DNA of 64,000 bases from Trueperaceae bacterium (GCA_965214405.1 OZ243956.1:1536001-1600000); one strand, 5' to 3'. Numbered from the stretch's first letter, positions 41,319 to 51,263 are shown. Made by a program: numbers and translations. Notes: generated by a model not told the origin, from the letters alone.

Positions 41319-41747
41319 TTAGTGCTCAACCGGGAGGGCGCGGATCGCGTCGCCCATTTCCGTATACGAGAAAGTCCAAAGCGTCATCACGCCGAGCACG
41401 AAGATAACCGCAGAGACGGAGTAGAGGATGACCTTGGCCCAGAAGCGGCGCGACGGCTGCCGGAAGTAATCCTCGACGCTGTAACGTAAACCGTTAATGC
41501 CGTGCAGTATAGAAAAGCCCAGAAGAAAAGAGTCATAGACCTTGACCCAAGGCTTAGAAAGACGTTGAGCCACATAGTTATAGTCAATCGTGCCCGCGTT
41601 GATGGCGATGTTATTGAAAAACACGTGCCCGAACACGAGAAATACAAGTATCAGACCCGACACCCGCATAAAGACCCACCAAGCAAGTTCGTTGTTCGTG
41701 CCGTAGGTCGCCCTCGCCTGACGTAAGGTTTTCGGTTTGACCGCCAT
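41319..41747 (-). CDS. sdhD: Succinate dehydrogenase membrane anchor
   Basis: FMRVSG....LVFGH, HG.NGLR...EDY; 3 TM segments; operon position. Confidence 0.88.
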   Translation of the reverse strand: MAVKPKTLRQARATYGTNNELAWWVFMRVSGLILVFLVFGHVFFNNIAINAGTIDYNYVAQRLSKPWVKVYDSFLLGFSILHGINGLRYSVEDYFRQPSRRFWAKVILYSVSAVIFVLGVMTLWTFSYTEMGDAIRALPVEH

Positions 41748-42104
41748 TTAAGCCCCCCCAAAGATTTCGGGCAGAAGTTTCCAGAGAACGGGAATACCAA
41801 TCAGCGTCGTGGAGATCATCACACCGTACCAAAGAGGCCGCTGAATCTTAACGCCCCACTCGGTAAAATCCATGATGATAATGCGTAAACCGTTGAGCGC
41901 GTGGTAGACCACCCCAGCAATCACCAAGATGAGGCCGATGCGAAAGGGCCACTGGTGATAAAACGCCAGAAATCTGTTGAACACACTTGGTCCGTACATC
42001 ACCAAGCTGATGTCGAACACGTGGAGCAGCAAGTAGAGCGCGAGCGCCACGCCGGAAAGACGGTGTAAAATAAAGGCCCACTGGCCTTCCCTACCTCGGT
42101 ACAT
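41748..42104 (-). CDS. sdhC: Succinate dehydrogenase cytochrome b556 subunit
   Basis: HRLSG, LHV.D, HALNGLRI. Confidence 0.9.
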   Translation of the reverse strand: MYRGREGQWAFILHRLSGVALALYLLLHVFDISLVMYGPSVFNRFLAFYHQWPFRIGLILVIAGVVYHALNGLRIIIMDFTEWGVKIQRPLWYGVMISTTLIGIPVLWKLLPEIFGGA

Positions 42105-42345
42105 ACGAACCTCCAGAAACCCCTAAAAGTCTCTCCTATTTTATCATCACACAGCGCCCCACCTTGGTAAGCGACCTTGCGTTCGCGCCTCCCTTCACAA
42201 GCGTTCGTGGGGGGCTCGAGCCCTGTGAGAAAGCCCACACGCGTAGGATAAAAAACTGGCTCTTTTCACCCCCAATGAGCCCACATTTCAAATCGTTTTT
42301 AGAAACACGAAAAGAATCTGCCATGCTCTCCAGAAAGGGGAAACC

Positions 42346-42766
42346 ATGCAGACGCCAGACACAATGCTGGGCGTGACGATTGAAAACAGAGAAGACGTCC
42401 TCACCTTGACGCTGACGCCGGTCGTGGTCACGATGCAGGCGACGCGCGCTCAAAGGGAAGCTCGAGCAGGAGCGAGCGGGTGACGCCAGTATAGAACGCC
42501 CAGGCTTGGCCGGACGCTTCGCGCGCTTTGTTGTGGGCGGGGTGAAGCGGCTGCTCGAGCAGACCATCGCCTACGACTTGAGCGACACCGAGTCGGCCTC
42601 GTACGACGGCTAAAAGATCGTCTTTAGCTACCACAACAAGCATTTATTATCTTTTGAGGGAGTTCACGTGAAAAACGAGCCCGCGCTAGCCTCTTTTTCA
42701 GAAGAGGACGCACGTAAGTTTGTGGCGGCGGTGAACGAACAAAAGGGCTCGAGCGCGCAGAGCTGA
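42346..42766 (+). pseudogene. Disrupted hypothetical gene (frameshift plus premature stop), absent from the ORF track
   Basis: AAAGGGGA RBS then MQTPDTMLGVTIENREDVLTLTLTP...; frame change near 42440 to LKGKLEQ...VKRLLEQTIAYDLSD...YDG*(TAA 42611-42613)KIVFSY...FSEEDARKFVAAVNEQK..*. Confidence 0.65.
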
Positions 42767-42769
42767 CTA

Positions 42770-42924
42770 GGTTCTGTTAACTTTTCAGCTCACCTACTAC
42801 GAATTTTGCCGTTTGGCGTGGGAGTATTCAGAAGTCAGTCATCAGAGGCTTGTGAACTGTTCTCAGTTAGCACGTCTGCCACCAGATTGAGTGATCTTTC
42901 CGAAGGACAAATGTCAACACAATC
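42770..42924. mobile_element. MITE-like element, copy 2 (155 bp, TA-flanked)
   Basis: CTA|GGTTCTGTTAAC...GTCAACACAATC|TAG. The ends align with 1069-1217. Confidence 0.65.
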
Positions 42925-42931
42925 TAGACGA

Positions 42932-43816
42932 CTAAGCCGCCTCGCGCGGTCTTACGTCTCTCGCTCGAGCATAAGGCTGGCGCTCGTCGCGCTCCTCGCG
43001 GAGTTCGAACAGCACCTCGTCCGCCTCGTCCAAGTCTTCAAACATCAAGGGACCCTGCAAATCGCGGAGGTGAAAAAACACCTTTTTGCCGTCGTCGGTG
43101 CGCAAAAAGCCAAAACCGCGGTCGGCGTTTTTCTCCTCGACCACGCCCGCAAGGGTGTGACCGGTGAGCTCGAGGATTTCGTCTTCGCTGTAGCGGTCGT
43201 TGCGCTCTATCCGCGCGCGCAGCTTCTCGACGGGCAGGTACTCGTCGGCGGCGTCGATAAGCAGGTCCGAGGCGCGGTAACCGTTGGTCTGCGCCACGCG
43301 GCTCTGGGTACTCACCACCGCCACCCGCACGCCCTTGGCGGCCACCGCGTTTACGAGCGGCACGAAGTCGCCGTCGCCCGAGACGAGGACGACTTTGTCC
43401 ACGCGCTCGGCTAAATTGAGCATGTCGATGGCGAGTTCTAGGTCGACGTTGGCCTTGATGGACACGTCGCCCAGCGCGTCCCTAAAAATCCTCACGCCCT
43501 TGGTGACGACGTGGTAGCCGTTGCGGTTTAGGTAGCGGTGAAAGCCGCGGTCTCGAGCGAGCTTATTACGCATGTCCGAGCGCATCGCCTCGGGATAGGC
43601 GGGGTTGTGCAGATGCACGTAATGTTCGATGGCCTCCGCGTCAAATTCGCCCGTGTAGTAGTAGGCGCGCACCAGCACACCGGCCCCGGCGAGCACCGCG
43701 AGCAGCGCCTTGAAGTCGACTTGCATCCCCAGGCCCTCAAAGGTAGCCTTCTGAAAATTGGCACCGTCGATAAAGATGGCGACGCGCTGCGCGGTTCCTG
43801 TGTTCGTCTGCACCAT
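42932..43816 (-). CDS. NYN (LabA/DUF88) domain protein fused to a C-terminal cold-shock domain
   Basis: FIDGAN, K.NVDLELAIDM, SGDGDF, AD; then GFGFL....KVFFH (RNP1/RNP2-like). Confidence 0.88.
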   Translation of the reverse strand: MVQTNTGTAQRVAIFIDGANFQKATFEGLGMQVDFKALLAVLAGAGVLVRAYYYTGEFDAEAIEHYVHLHNPAYPEAMRSDMRNKLARDRGFHRYLNRNGYHVVTKGVRIFRDALGDVSIKANVDLELAIDMLNLAERVDKVVLVSGDGDFVPLVNAVAAKGVRVAVVSTQSRVAQTNGYRASDLLIDAADEYLPVEKLRARIERNDRYSEDEILELTGHTLAGVVEEKNADRGFGFLRTDDGKKVFFHLRDLQGPLMFEDLDEADEVLFELREERDERQPYARARDVRPREAA

Positions 43817-43975
43817 AAGTCAGTCTACAGGCTACACCTTTGCGGGATTGTGGGGAGGTGATGCGGGTAAGGCGGGGGTAGGGTGCGGAGGAGATGGGGA
43901 GGTGGGGTGTAGAGGCGGTGGGGAGATAGGGACTTCCCTATCTCCCATCTCCCCTGCTCCCCATCACAAACTCGC

Positions 43976-45718
43976 CTACTGCGGCGCCACCACCCGCGCG
44001 GTGCCGCCGCCGCGCCGCTGGGCCTCGGCCACGGCGGTGAGCGTGTCGTCCATAAAGAAGATGCCGACCGCCGCGCCGATTTCGTCGGTGGTAGAGAAGC
44101 CTTGACCGCGCGCCCCCAGCGCCATGAGCAGCCCGGCGCTCACACGCGTTTCGACACGCGTATTGCTCGTGTTGCGCTGCGTGAAGCGGGGCGCTTCGAC
44201 GGCCTCTTCTAGGGTCATGTCGAAGTCGACCACATTGAGGATAATCTGCATCACCGTGGTGATGATGGTCGAGCCGCCTGGCGAGCCGAGCGCCAGTCGC
44301 AGGTCGCCGCCTTCAAAGACGAAAGTGGGCGACATCGACGAGCGCGGGCGCTTGAAGGGCTCGGGCGCGTTGGGACCGACCGGGTCGGACGAGAAGTCGG
44401 TGAGTTCGTTGTTGAGGAGAAAGCCGCGTCCGGGTACCACGATGCCCGAGCCGCCGATGGACTCGATGGTGGTGGTAAAACTCACCGCGTTGCCCTGCGC
44501 GTCGGCGGTAACGATGTGCGTGGTCGAGGTGCCCTCGGTGTCGGCGGTCTCGGGCGGGCCTAAGGGCGGGCTCGGGTCGTCTTGATAAGCAAAGGGATTG
44601 CCGGGCGCGGGATCATCGCCCGCCTCGTCGCCAATTTCTTCGCGGCGCGTGTCGGCGTAGTCTTGCGACAAGAGGCCCTGGACGGGCACGTTGACAAAGT
44701 CGGCGTCGCCCATGTACGCGCCGCGGTCGCTGTAGGCCAGGCGGGAGGCCTCGAGCATCCTATGAATCGCCTCTTCTCGCGGCAAGGCTCCTAGGTCGTA
44801 GCCCTCGAGCGTGTTCAAAATCAGCCCGATGGTGAGCCCGCCGCTCGTGGGGGGTGCCATCCCAACCATCGTGTAACCGCGGTATTCGGCGCTGACGGGC
44901 TCGCGCATGGGCACGTCGTAGGCGTCGAGGTCGGCCATCGTCATGTTTTGCGCGCGCACCTCGAAGGGCGGGTTCTCGACCGTCGGCGGGTTCTGCACCG
45001 CCGCCACCAAGTCCTCCCCGATGGGGCCGCGGTAAAAGGCGTTGACGCCCTCGTCGGCAATCAAGCGGAAGGTCGCGGCCAAATCGGGATTGGTAAAGGT
45101 GCTGCCGACTTCGGGCGCTTCGCCGTTGGGGAGGTAAAGCGCAGAGGTGGAGGTAAAAGCAGCGAAACGCTCCCTATTGCCCTCCACCTGGTCGTGAAAA
45201 ACTTGCGTGACTTCAAAACCGTTCTCGGCAATCTCTATGGCCGGTTGCAGCACGGTTCCCAAGTCCATCGTGCCGTAGCGCGCCAGCGCCTCCTGCCAGC
45301 CCGCCAGGGTGCCGGGCACGCCCACGGCGAGGCCGCTCGAGATGCGCTCCGGATAAAAAGAGATGGACTCACCCGTGGCAGGGTCCAAAAACATGTCGGG
45401 CGTCGCCGCCGCGGGGGCCATCTCGCGCGCGTCGATGCCGACCACGCGGTCCTCGTCGGCCAGATAGACGAGCATAAAGCCGCCCCCGCCGATGCCCGCG
45501 CTAAAAGGCTCGGTCACGTTGACCACCGCCGCGGCGGCGATAGCGGCGTCTACCGCGTTGCCGCCCGCCTCCAACACGCTGATGCCGGTTTGCGTCGCCA
45601 GTTCGCTCACCGTGGCGACCGCGCCGCCCGTCCCGGATTGCGCGCTCTGGGCGAGGGCCAAGGGCAAAACGAACAAGGCGAGAAGCGGGACGAAAGAACG
45701 TCTTAAAAATTTGTGCAT
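43976..45718 (-). CDS. ggt: Gamma-glutamyltransferase, secreted
   Basis: GGNAVDAA, GIGGGGF, VGVPG, STTH (Thr nucleophile), LNNELTDF, RPRSSMSP, GSPGGS. Confidence 0.95.
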   Translation of the reverse strand: MHKFLRRSFVPLLALFVLPLALAQSAQSGTGGAVATVSELATQTGISVLEAGGNAVDAAIAAAAVVNVTEPFSAGIGGGGFMLVYLADEDRVVGIDAREMAPAAATPDMFLDPATGESISFYPERISSGLAVGVPGTLAGWQEALARYGTMDLGTVLQPAIEIAENGFEVTQVFHDQVEGNRERFAAFTSTSALYLPNGEAPEVGSTFTNPDLAATFRLIADEGVNAFYRGPIGEDLVAAVQNPPTVENPPFEVRAQNMTMADLDAYDVPMREPVSAEYRGYTMVGMAPPTSGGLTIGLILNTLEGYDLGALPREEAIHRMLEASRLAYSDRGAYMGDADFVNVPVQGLLSQDYADTRREEIGDEAGDDPAPGNPFAYQDDPSPPLGPPETADTEGTSTTHIVTADAQGNAVSFTTTIESIGGSGIVVPGRGFLLNNELTDFSSDPVGPNAPEPFKRPRSSMSPTFVFEGGDLRLALGSPGGSTIITTVMQIILNVVDFDMTLEEAVEAPRFTQRNTSNTRVETRVSAGLLMALGARGQGFSTTDEIGAAVGIFFMDDTLTAVAEAQRRGGGTARVVAPQ

Positions 45719-45871
45719 GTATATCCTCTCTGCAAATTTGTTAACAACATTTCACCAGTGACGCCCACCAAAAAAGCTTTCTCACCTCCTTCACTTTGTG
45801 TGAAGCGCATTCTAACCGAGTGGGAGGGTGAGGGGGTCCTGCAAAGAAAAAGCCTTAATCCGACTGCTGCG

Positions 45872-46603
45872 TTACTTAACCTTGGCTGTTTCACCTAACA
45901 GCGCCGTTAGCCCCGCCACCGCCTCCTGACGAACAGACGCGTGGGCGACGGAACTTAGCGGCGTGGCTTCGGGATTGATTTCAATCACAAACGCGCCCCG
46001 CTGCGCCGCCAGCCGCCCCAAACTCGCGGCGGGCTCAACCAGCGCCGACGTGCCGATGACGAGCGCGACCTCCGCACTCGCAAAGGCGTCTACCGCTGCG
46101 GCGAACGTTTCCTGCGGCAGCGTTTCGCCAAACCAGACGACGTTGGGGCGCGCCCTCGAGCCACAACTCGAGCAGCGTGGGGGAACAGCAAAGTCAGTCT
46201 CGAGCCCCTCCACACGCCCACACGCCTCACAGCGACTTTTGGTGATATTGCCGTGAAGCTCGAGCACCCGCCCTGACCCCGCCCGTTCGTGGAGACCGTC
46301 AACGTTTTGTGTAACCAACGCAAAGCTGGGAGTTTTCGCTTCTAAGTCAGCAAGCAGCCGGTGCGCCTCGTTGGGCTCTGCCGCCGCAACGATGTCAAAG
46401 CGCATCTTGTACCATTCCCAGACGAGTTCCGGGTCCCTTGTATAGGCTTGCGGGGTCGCCAACTCTTCCGCGCGGTAGCGCCGCCACAAGCCGCCCGCGC
46501 CGCGAAAGGTTGGGATGCCCGAGGCCGCCGACACGCCCGAACCTGTCAAGACCGCCACACGTTCTGCGGCCTGGAGCCTTGCTCGAGCCTCCCTCACATC
46601 CAT
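45872..46603 (-). CDS. cobB: NAD-dependent protein deacylase (sirtuin)
   Basis: GSGVSAASGIPTFRG, TQNVDGLH, HG, two CxxC, RPNVVWFGE, GTS. Confidence 0.93.
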   Translation of the reverse strand: MDVREARARLQAAERVAVLTGSGVSAASGIPTFRGAGGLWRRYRAEELATPQAYTRDPELVWEWYKMRFDIVAAAEPNEAHRLLADLEAKTPSFALVTQNVDGLHERAGSGRVLELHGNITKSRCEACGRVEGLETDFAVPPRCSSCGSRARPNVVWFGETLPQETFAAAVDAFASAEVALVIGTSALVEPAASLGRLAAQRGAFVIEINPEATPLSSVAHASVRQEAVAGLTALLGETAKVK

Positions 46604-46609
46604 TCAGCG

Positions 46610-48076
46610 TTACTGACTTTCGCTTACCGTGTCCTCGCTCACCTCGAGGGGCATCTCGGCGGGGACGGGCGAGGCGACGATGGACAAGACGCGGCGCTCG
46701 TCGGCCTCCTCGACCGCGAAGCTGTAGCCGCCGTAGTCGTAGCTCTCGCCGGAGGTGGGGATGTAGCCGAATCTAGAAATAAGAAAGCCCGCCAGCGTGT
46801 CGTACTCGCCCTCTTCGTCAAAGGTGAGTTTGAGCGCGGTTTCGACCTCATCTAGGTGCGCCGAGCCGAGGATGCGGTAGCGGTCGCTCTCCAAAGGAAG
46901 AATCTCTTCTTCCCCCTCCTCGTCGGTCTCGTCGTAAATTTCGCCTGTGACCTCTTCGATAATGTCTTCCAAAGTCACCAACCCCGCGGTGCCGCCGAAC
47001 TCGTCCACCACGATTGCCATGTGGTTTTTACGGATACGCATGTCGCGCAGCAGGGACAAAATATCGAGTGTTTCGGGCACGTACTGCGAGGGCGTCATGA
47101 GTTCCGAGACGCGCGTGTTTTGAATCGCGTCGGGGCGCTTGAGGTAGGCCAGGAGGTCTCGAGCGTAGACGATGCCCCGCACATTGTCAATCGTATCGGT
47201 GTAGACGGGAAAGCGGCTGTAGCCGTGCTCGGTCACGACCGTCAACAGGTCATTCAGCGTGGCCTCTTCGGGCACCGCCACCACGCCCACGCGCGGCGTC
47301 ATCACCTCCCGTACGACGGTTTCTTCAAGCTCGATGATGCCCCGAATCATCTCCTGCTCTTGGGCCTCGATGACGCCCGACTCCTCGGCGCTGCGGAGCA
47401 TTAAGCGGAGTTCGTTTTCGGTAATGAGCGGCATCGAGGCGGGCTCTAAGCGGAAAAGTCGCAGGATGGACGAGGCCACAAAGGTGAAAAATATGCCCAC
47501 CGGGTAGAGCACCACCGAGAGCAGGTATACGGGCTTGATAATCACCCGCGACATCGCCACCGCGTTATGCACCGCGAACGATTTGGGCGTGATTTCGCCG
47601 AAGATGAGCACCAGAAGCGTCATCACGCCCGTCGCATAGGCGATTGCCGCCGCCTCGGAGGTGCCCAGCGAGGCGGCGAGTTGCAGCGTAATCTGCGTGA
47701 CGAGCGCGGTCGCCGCGATGTTGACTAAGTTGTTGCCGATCAGCAGCGTGGTGATAAAGCGGGTGGGGTCCCTTTCCAAAAGCGCAAAGGCGCCCGTCGG
47801 GTCTTTGCCCTCCTCGCGGAGCTGGCGGATTTTCCAGTGGCCTACCGCGGTCAGCGCCGTTTCCGAGCCCGACATCAGGCCCGAGAGGATGAGCAGCACG
47901 ACGAGCAGCACGATCTTGTAGGGCGATATGCCGCCCTCCCCGGAGGCCTGAGCGAACGCGAGCGAGAGGGGCAAAGAAAGGAGTAAGAGCCAGCCCGCCT
48001 TGGCGAGGCTCGAGGGAACTATGGCGGGTAAGAGGGTGGGTAAGAAACGTATTCGGTCCGGTGAGTTGTCTTCCAT
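46610..48076 (-). CDS. CNNM/hemolysin-family (DUF21-CBS-CorC) membrane protein
   Basis: SGSETAL, LIGNNLVN, FGEITPK, VMTPR, SRFPVY, VDEFGGTAGLVTLEDIIEE, TLAGF. Confidence 0.92.
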   Translation of the reverse strand: MEDNSPDRIRFLPTLLPAIVPSSLAKAGWLLLLSLPLSLAFAQASGEGGISPYKIVLLVVLLILSGLMSGSETALTAVGHWKIRQLREEGKDPTGAFALLERDPTRFITTLLIGNNLVNIAATALVTQITLQLAASLGTSEAAAIAYATGVMTLLVLIFGEITPKSFAVHNAVAMSRVIIKPVYLLSVVLYPVGIFFTFVASSILRLFRLEPASMPLITENELRLMLRSAEESGVIEAQEQEMIRGIIELEETVVREVMTPRVGVVAVPEEATLNDLLTVVTEHGYSRFPVYTDTIDNVRGIVYARDLLAYLKRPDAIQNTRVSELMTPSQYVPETLDILSLLRDMRIRKNHMAIVVDEFGGTAGLVTLEDIIEEVTGEIYDETDEEGEEEILPLESDRYRILGSAHLDEVETALKLTFDEEGEYDTLAGFLISRFGYIPTSGESYDYGGYSFAVEEADERRVLSIVASPVPAEMPLEVSEDTVSESQ

Positions 48077-48309
48077 CGGTGCCTGAATTGTAGCACGCCC
48101 CGTGAGAGGCCAATGATAGGTCAAGTGCAAATTCCTTTATGTAGCTAAGCAGCTACGTCCAACTTTGTAAAGAGTATGGGGAGTTCGGTTCTTTCACGCT
48201 CTACAAAACGCCGCCCACCCCTGGCCTGAAGTATAGAGGAGCGCTCCCCCCACTGCAAGGCTTTGGAGAACGCTAAAGGGCGTTATACTCCCCCTCGAGG
48301 AGGCACCCC

Positions 48310-48912
48310 TTGGCTTATATCGTCGTCGAAGGCCCCATCGGTGGGGGAAAGACGAGCCTGAGCAGGCTCTTGTCCGCAGAACTCCAGGCGCGGCTCGTGT
48401 TAGAAGTCGTTGAAGAAAATCCCTTTCTGGCTCCCTTTTACGAGGACCCCGCGCGCTACGCGTTTAACGCGCAAGTCTTCTTTTTGCTGTCGCGCTACAA
48501 GCAGGTGCTCGAGCTCAACCAGGGTGCGCTCTTTCTCGAGCACACGGTGAGCGACTATCTGTTTGACAAAGATTTCGTCTTCGCCTCGCTCAACTTAGCG
48601 GGCGACGAGTGGGCGCTCTACGAAGAACTCTACGCGCAGCTCAAACCCAAGCTCTCCACGCCCGACCTCACCGTCTACTTGCGCGCGCGCCCCGAAGAGC
48701 TCTTGCAGCGCATCGCCAAACGGGGCCGCCCCTTTGAGAAAAACATCGAGGCGAGCTACCTCCGGCATCTGAGTGACGCTTATGAGGATTACTTTCACGC
48801 CTACCGCGGCCCGTTGCACGTCGTCGAGGCCGCCGACTACGACTTTGTCGAGCATGAGCGCGACCGCGAGAGAATCGTGGGAGACGTGATGCGCGCGGCG
48901 AGGGTGGCGTGA
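48310..48912 (+). CDS. Deoxynucleoside kinase
   Basis: EGPIGGGKT, ENPFL..FY, FLLSR, RGR.FE; TATACT and GAGGAGG upstream. Confidence 0.9.
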   Translation: MAYIVVEGPIGGGKTSLSRLLSAELQARLVLEVVEENPFLAPFYEDPARYAFNAQVFFLLSRYKQVLELNQGALFLEHTVSDYLFDKDFVFASLNLAGDEWALYEELYAQLKPKLSTPDLTVYLRARPEELLQRIAKRGRPFEKNIEASYLRHLSDAYEDYFHAYRGPLHVVEAADYDFVEHERDRERIVGDVMRAARVA

Positions 48913-48922
48913 TGGGTTCTGT

Positions 48923-49546
48923 ATGTTCATAGCCGTCGCGGGCAATATCGGCGCGGGCAAGTCGAGTTTAACCGAGATTCTGGCGCGGCGCTACGCGCTT
49001 CTGCCTGTGTTTGAAGCCGTGGACGAAAACCCTTATCTGGAGGACTTTTACCGCGACATGCACAGGTACGCGTTTCATTCGCAAATGTTCTTTTTAGCGC
49101 GGCGGCTCGAGCAGCACCTTACAAAAGTCAACCCCGCAGGCCGCGTGATTCAAGACCGCACTATTTTTGAAGACGCCAACATTTTCGCCCGCAACTTGTT
49201 CGAGGAGGGTGTGATGGATAAGCGGGATTACGGGAGCTACTGCGGCATGTACGAAGCCATCCTCCACGCCTTGCGCCCGCCCGACCTGCTCATTTACCTG
49301 CGGGCGAGCCTGCCGACGCTGCGCGCGCACATCGCGCGGCGGGGTCGAAGCTTTGAAACCTCCATCGCGGAGGACTATTTAGCTCGCCTTAACCGCTTGT
49401 ACGATGCGTGGATAAACACCTATGACCTCTCCCCCAAAGTCGTCATCGACACCGACGGCCTGGACTTTGTGGGGCGACCGGCGGATTTAGAGCGTGTGGC
49501 GGCGCGGCTCGAGCCCCACGGCCTGACCGTACCCATCCTGCCATGA
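48923..49546 (+). CDS. Deoxynucleoside kinase (second paralogue)
   Basis: GNIGAGKS, NPYL.DFY, DRTIFED, RGR.FE. Confidence 0.9.
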   Translation: MFIAVAGNIGAGKSSLTEILARRYALLPVFEAVDENPYLEDFYRDMHRYAFHSQMFFLARRLEQHLTKVNPAGRVIQDRTIFEDANIFARNLFEEGVMDKRDYGSYCGMYEAILHALRPPDLLIYLRASLPTLRAHIARRGRSFETSIAEDYLARLNRLYDAWINTYDLSPKVVIDTDGLDFVGRPADLERVAARLEPHGLTVPILP

Positions 49547-51030
49547 TGCTTAGCGAACTCTTTCAAAAAGCTCTTGGTGAAGCACCCGATAATCTGCCGA
49601 ACGTAGACGCGCGGGGCGTGGCGCAGGACAACCGCCGCGTCGAACCCGGCTTTGTCTTTGTGGCTAGACGGGGCGAGATGGTGGACGGGCACCGCTTCGT
49701 CGAGGGGGCGATAGCGCGGGGCGCGGTAGCCGTCGTGGGTGAGGCGTCGGACGAGGAGCGTAGCGGGTTCTCCTGGCACGGGCGCGTCGCTTATCTTCAG
49801 GTGGAGAATGACAAAGTTGCTCTGGCAAAACTCGCCGCGACCTTTCACAGGCATCCTTCAAAAAGCCTTTTCACCATCGGCGTGACCGGCACCGACGGCA
49901 AAACGACGACCTCATACCTGCTGCACCACCTCCTTTCCGGCACCCATCCGACCGGCCTTTTGTCCACCGCAGGCGTCAAAGTGAGGGATGAGGCGTTGGG
50001 GCTTGAGGGCCACTTCACCACCCCCGAAGCGCCTGAGGTGCAAGGCCTCCTGGCCCGCTTCCGCGACGCGGGTTTAACACACGCGGTGGTTGAGTCGAGT
50101 TCGCACGGCTTTTCGCAGCACCGGCTGGACGGGGTGGATTATGACGTGGGCGTCCTGACCAACCTCAGCCCGGAACATTTAGACCACCATAAAACCTTTG
50201 AAGCTTACCGCGAGGCCAAAGGAACCTTGATGAAGCGCGCGCGCGTGAGCGTCCTCAACGCGGACGACCCGGCCTTTGATTATTTTGCGAGCGTGTCGAA
50301 TGATGTGGTGAGTTATGGCGTCGAAACTCACGCCGACTGGCGCGCAACCGACGTAGAGGAAGTGCCGGGGCTTCTAAGGTGGACGCTTCGGATTGGGGAT
50401 GACTCCTACCCCGCCGCCCTGCCGATGGTGGGCGCGTACAACGTCCACAACGCGCTCGCGGCGCTCGCGGCGGCGCATGGGGCGGGGCTCGAGCCTTCCG
50501 TCCTCCTCCAACGCCTCCGCACCTTCCCCGGCGTGCCGGGCCGGATGCAACTTGTCCAGGCCGAGCCCTTTTCCGTCGTGGTGGATTTTGCCCATACCGC
50601 CCCCGCGTTAAATAAAGCGTTGGGGGCGGTTCGTTCTCAAATTCAAGGAAAACTCATCGTCGTCATCGGCGCGGCGGGCGAACGCGACCCCGGCAAGCGC
50701 TCGCCTCTGGGCGAGGCTGCGGTGCGCGGCGCGGATGTGGCAATTTTTACAGAAGAGGATTCACGTTCCGAGGATGTCCACGCCATTCTCGCCGCGCTTG
50801 CTAGGGGTGCCGAACGCGCGGGAGGACGCGAAGGAGAAACGTTTTGGGCCATTCCTGACCGGCTCGAGGCCATTCATAAAGCTATAAATCTTGCCAAACC
50901 GGGTGACGGGGTGGTTCTGTGCGGGAAGGGTCACGAACGAACGTTAGAACGCGCCAACGAAACCCTTCAGTGGGATGAAGCCGAGGAGGCGCGGCGGGCG
51001 CTCGAGGCTCAAAAAGGCCAACAGGTGTGA
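49543..51030 (+). CDS. murE: UDP-MurNAc-dipeptide amino acid ligase
   Basis: GTDGKTTT, TTPE, ESSSH, NLSPEHLDHH, GRMQ, DFAHT, GERD, GKGHE. Confidence 0.93.
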   Translation: MMLSELFQKALGEAPDNLPNVDARGVAQDNRRVEPGFVFVARRGEMVDGHRFVEGAIARGAVAVVGEASDEERSGFSWHGRVAYLQVENDKVALAKLAATFHRHPSKSLFTIGVTGTDGKTTTSYLLHHLLSGTHPTGLLSTAGVKVRDEALGLEGHFTTPEAPEVQGLLARFRDAGLTHAVVESSSHGFSQHRLDGVDYDVGVLTNLSPEHLDHHKTFEAYREAKGTLMKRARVSVLNADDPAFDYFASVSNDVVSYGVETHADWRATDVEEVPGLLRWTLRIGDDSYPAALPMVGAYNVHNALAALAAAHGAGLEPSVLLQRLRTFPGVPGRMQLVQAEPFSVVVDFAHTAPALNKALGAVRSQIQGKLIVVIGAAGERDPGKRSPLGEAAVRGADVAIFTEEDSRSEDVHAILAALARGAERAGGREGETFWAIPDRLEAIHKAINLAKPGDGVVLCGKGHERTLERANETLQWDEAEEARRALEAQKGQQV

Positions 51031-51121
51031 AGCATTTCACGTAAATTTGCACATCCAGCCCCTTTCCGGGCGGGTATATGTCTTATGAACCTGGGGCTTT
51101 CCCACCCCGTTTCTCTTCCGA

Positions 51122-51154
51122 GAACGCCGCGCCTCCCACGCGGCGTTCGTTTTT
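51122..51154 (+). terminator. Intrinsic terminator downstream of murE
   Basis: GAACGCCGCG-7nt-CGCGGCGTTC-GTTTTT. Confidence 0.75.
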
Positions 51155-51263
51155 GTGGGGGGGGTATCATCCCGTCTGAGACAAACTTGCTTAACGCTTG
51201 ATTATCCACGCAGTTCCAAAGATGATACCTGCGGTGAAGGACTTGGTGAAGTTGCAAATCATC

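Noticed and set aside
45872..46603. Sirtuin as an anti-phage (Thoeris/DSR) component; likewise Uma2 and the HD protein
   Set aside because: Canonical zinc-binding CobB in housekeeping context; there is no defence-island clustering.
48141..48208. Palindrome GTAGCT-N4-AGCTAC and a G-U-rich hairpin as a metal riboswitch for the CNNM gene
   Set aside because: Both flanking genes have -10 elements close to their starts, leaving this region outside the likely leaders; no recognisable aptamer consensus.
51191..51262. 23-codon hydrophobic minus-strand ORF (MICNFTKSFTAGIIFGTAWIIKR), a possible type I toxin
   Set aside because: It starts directly after a terminator hairpin with no RBS or -10, and no antitoxin RNA evidence was seen.
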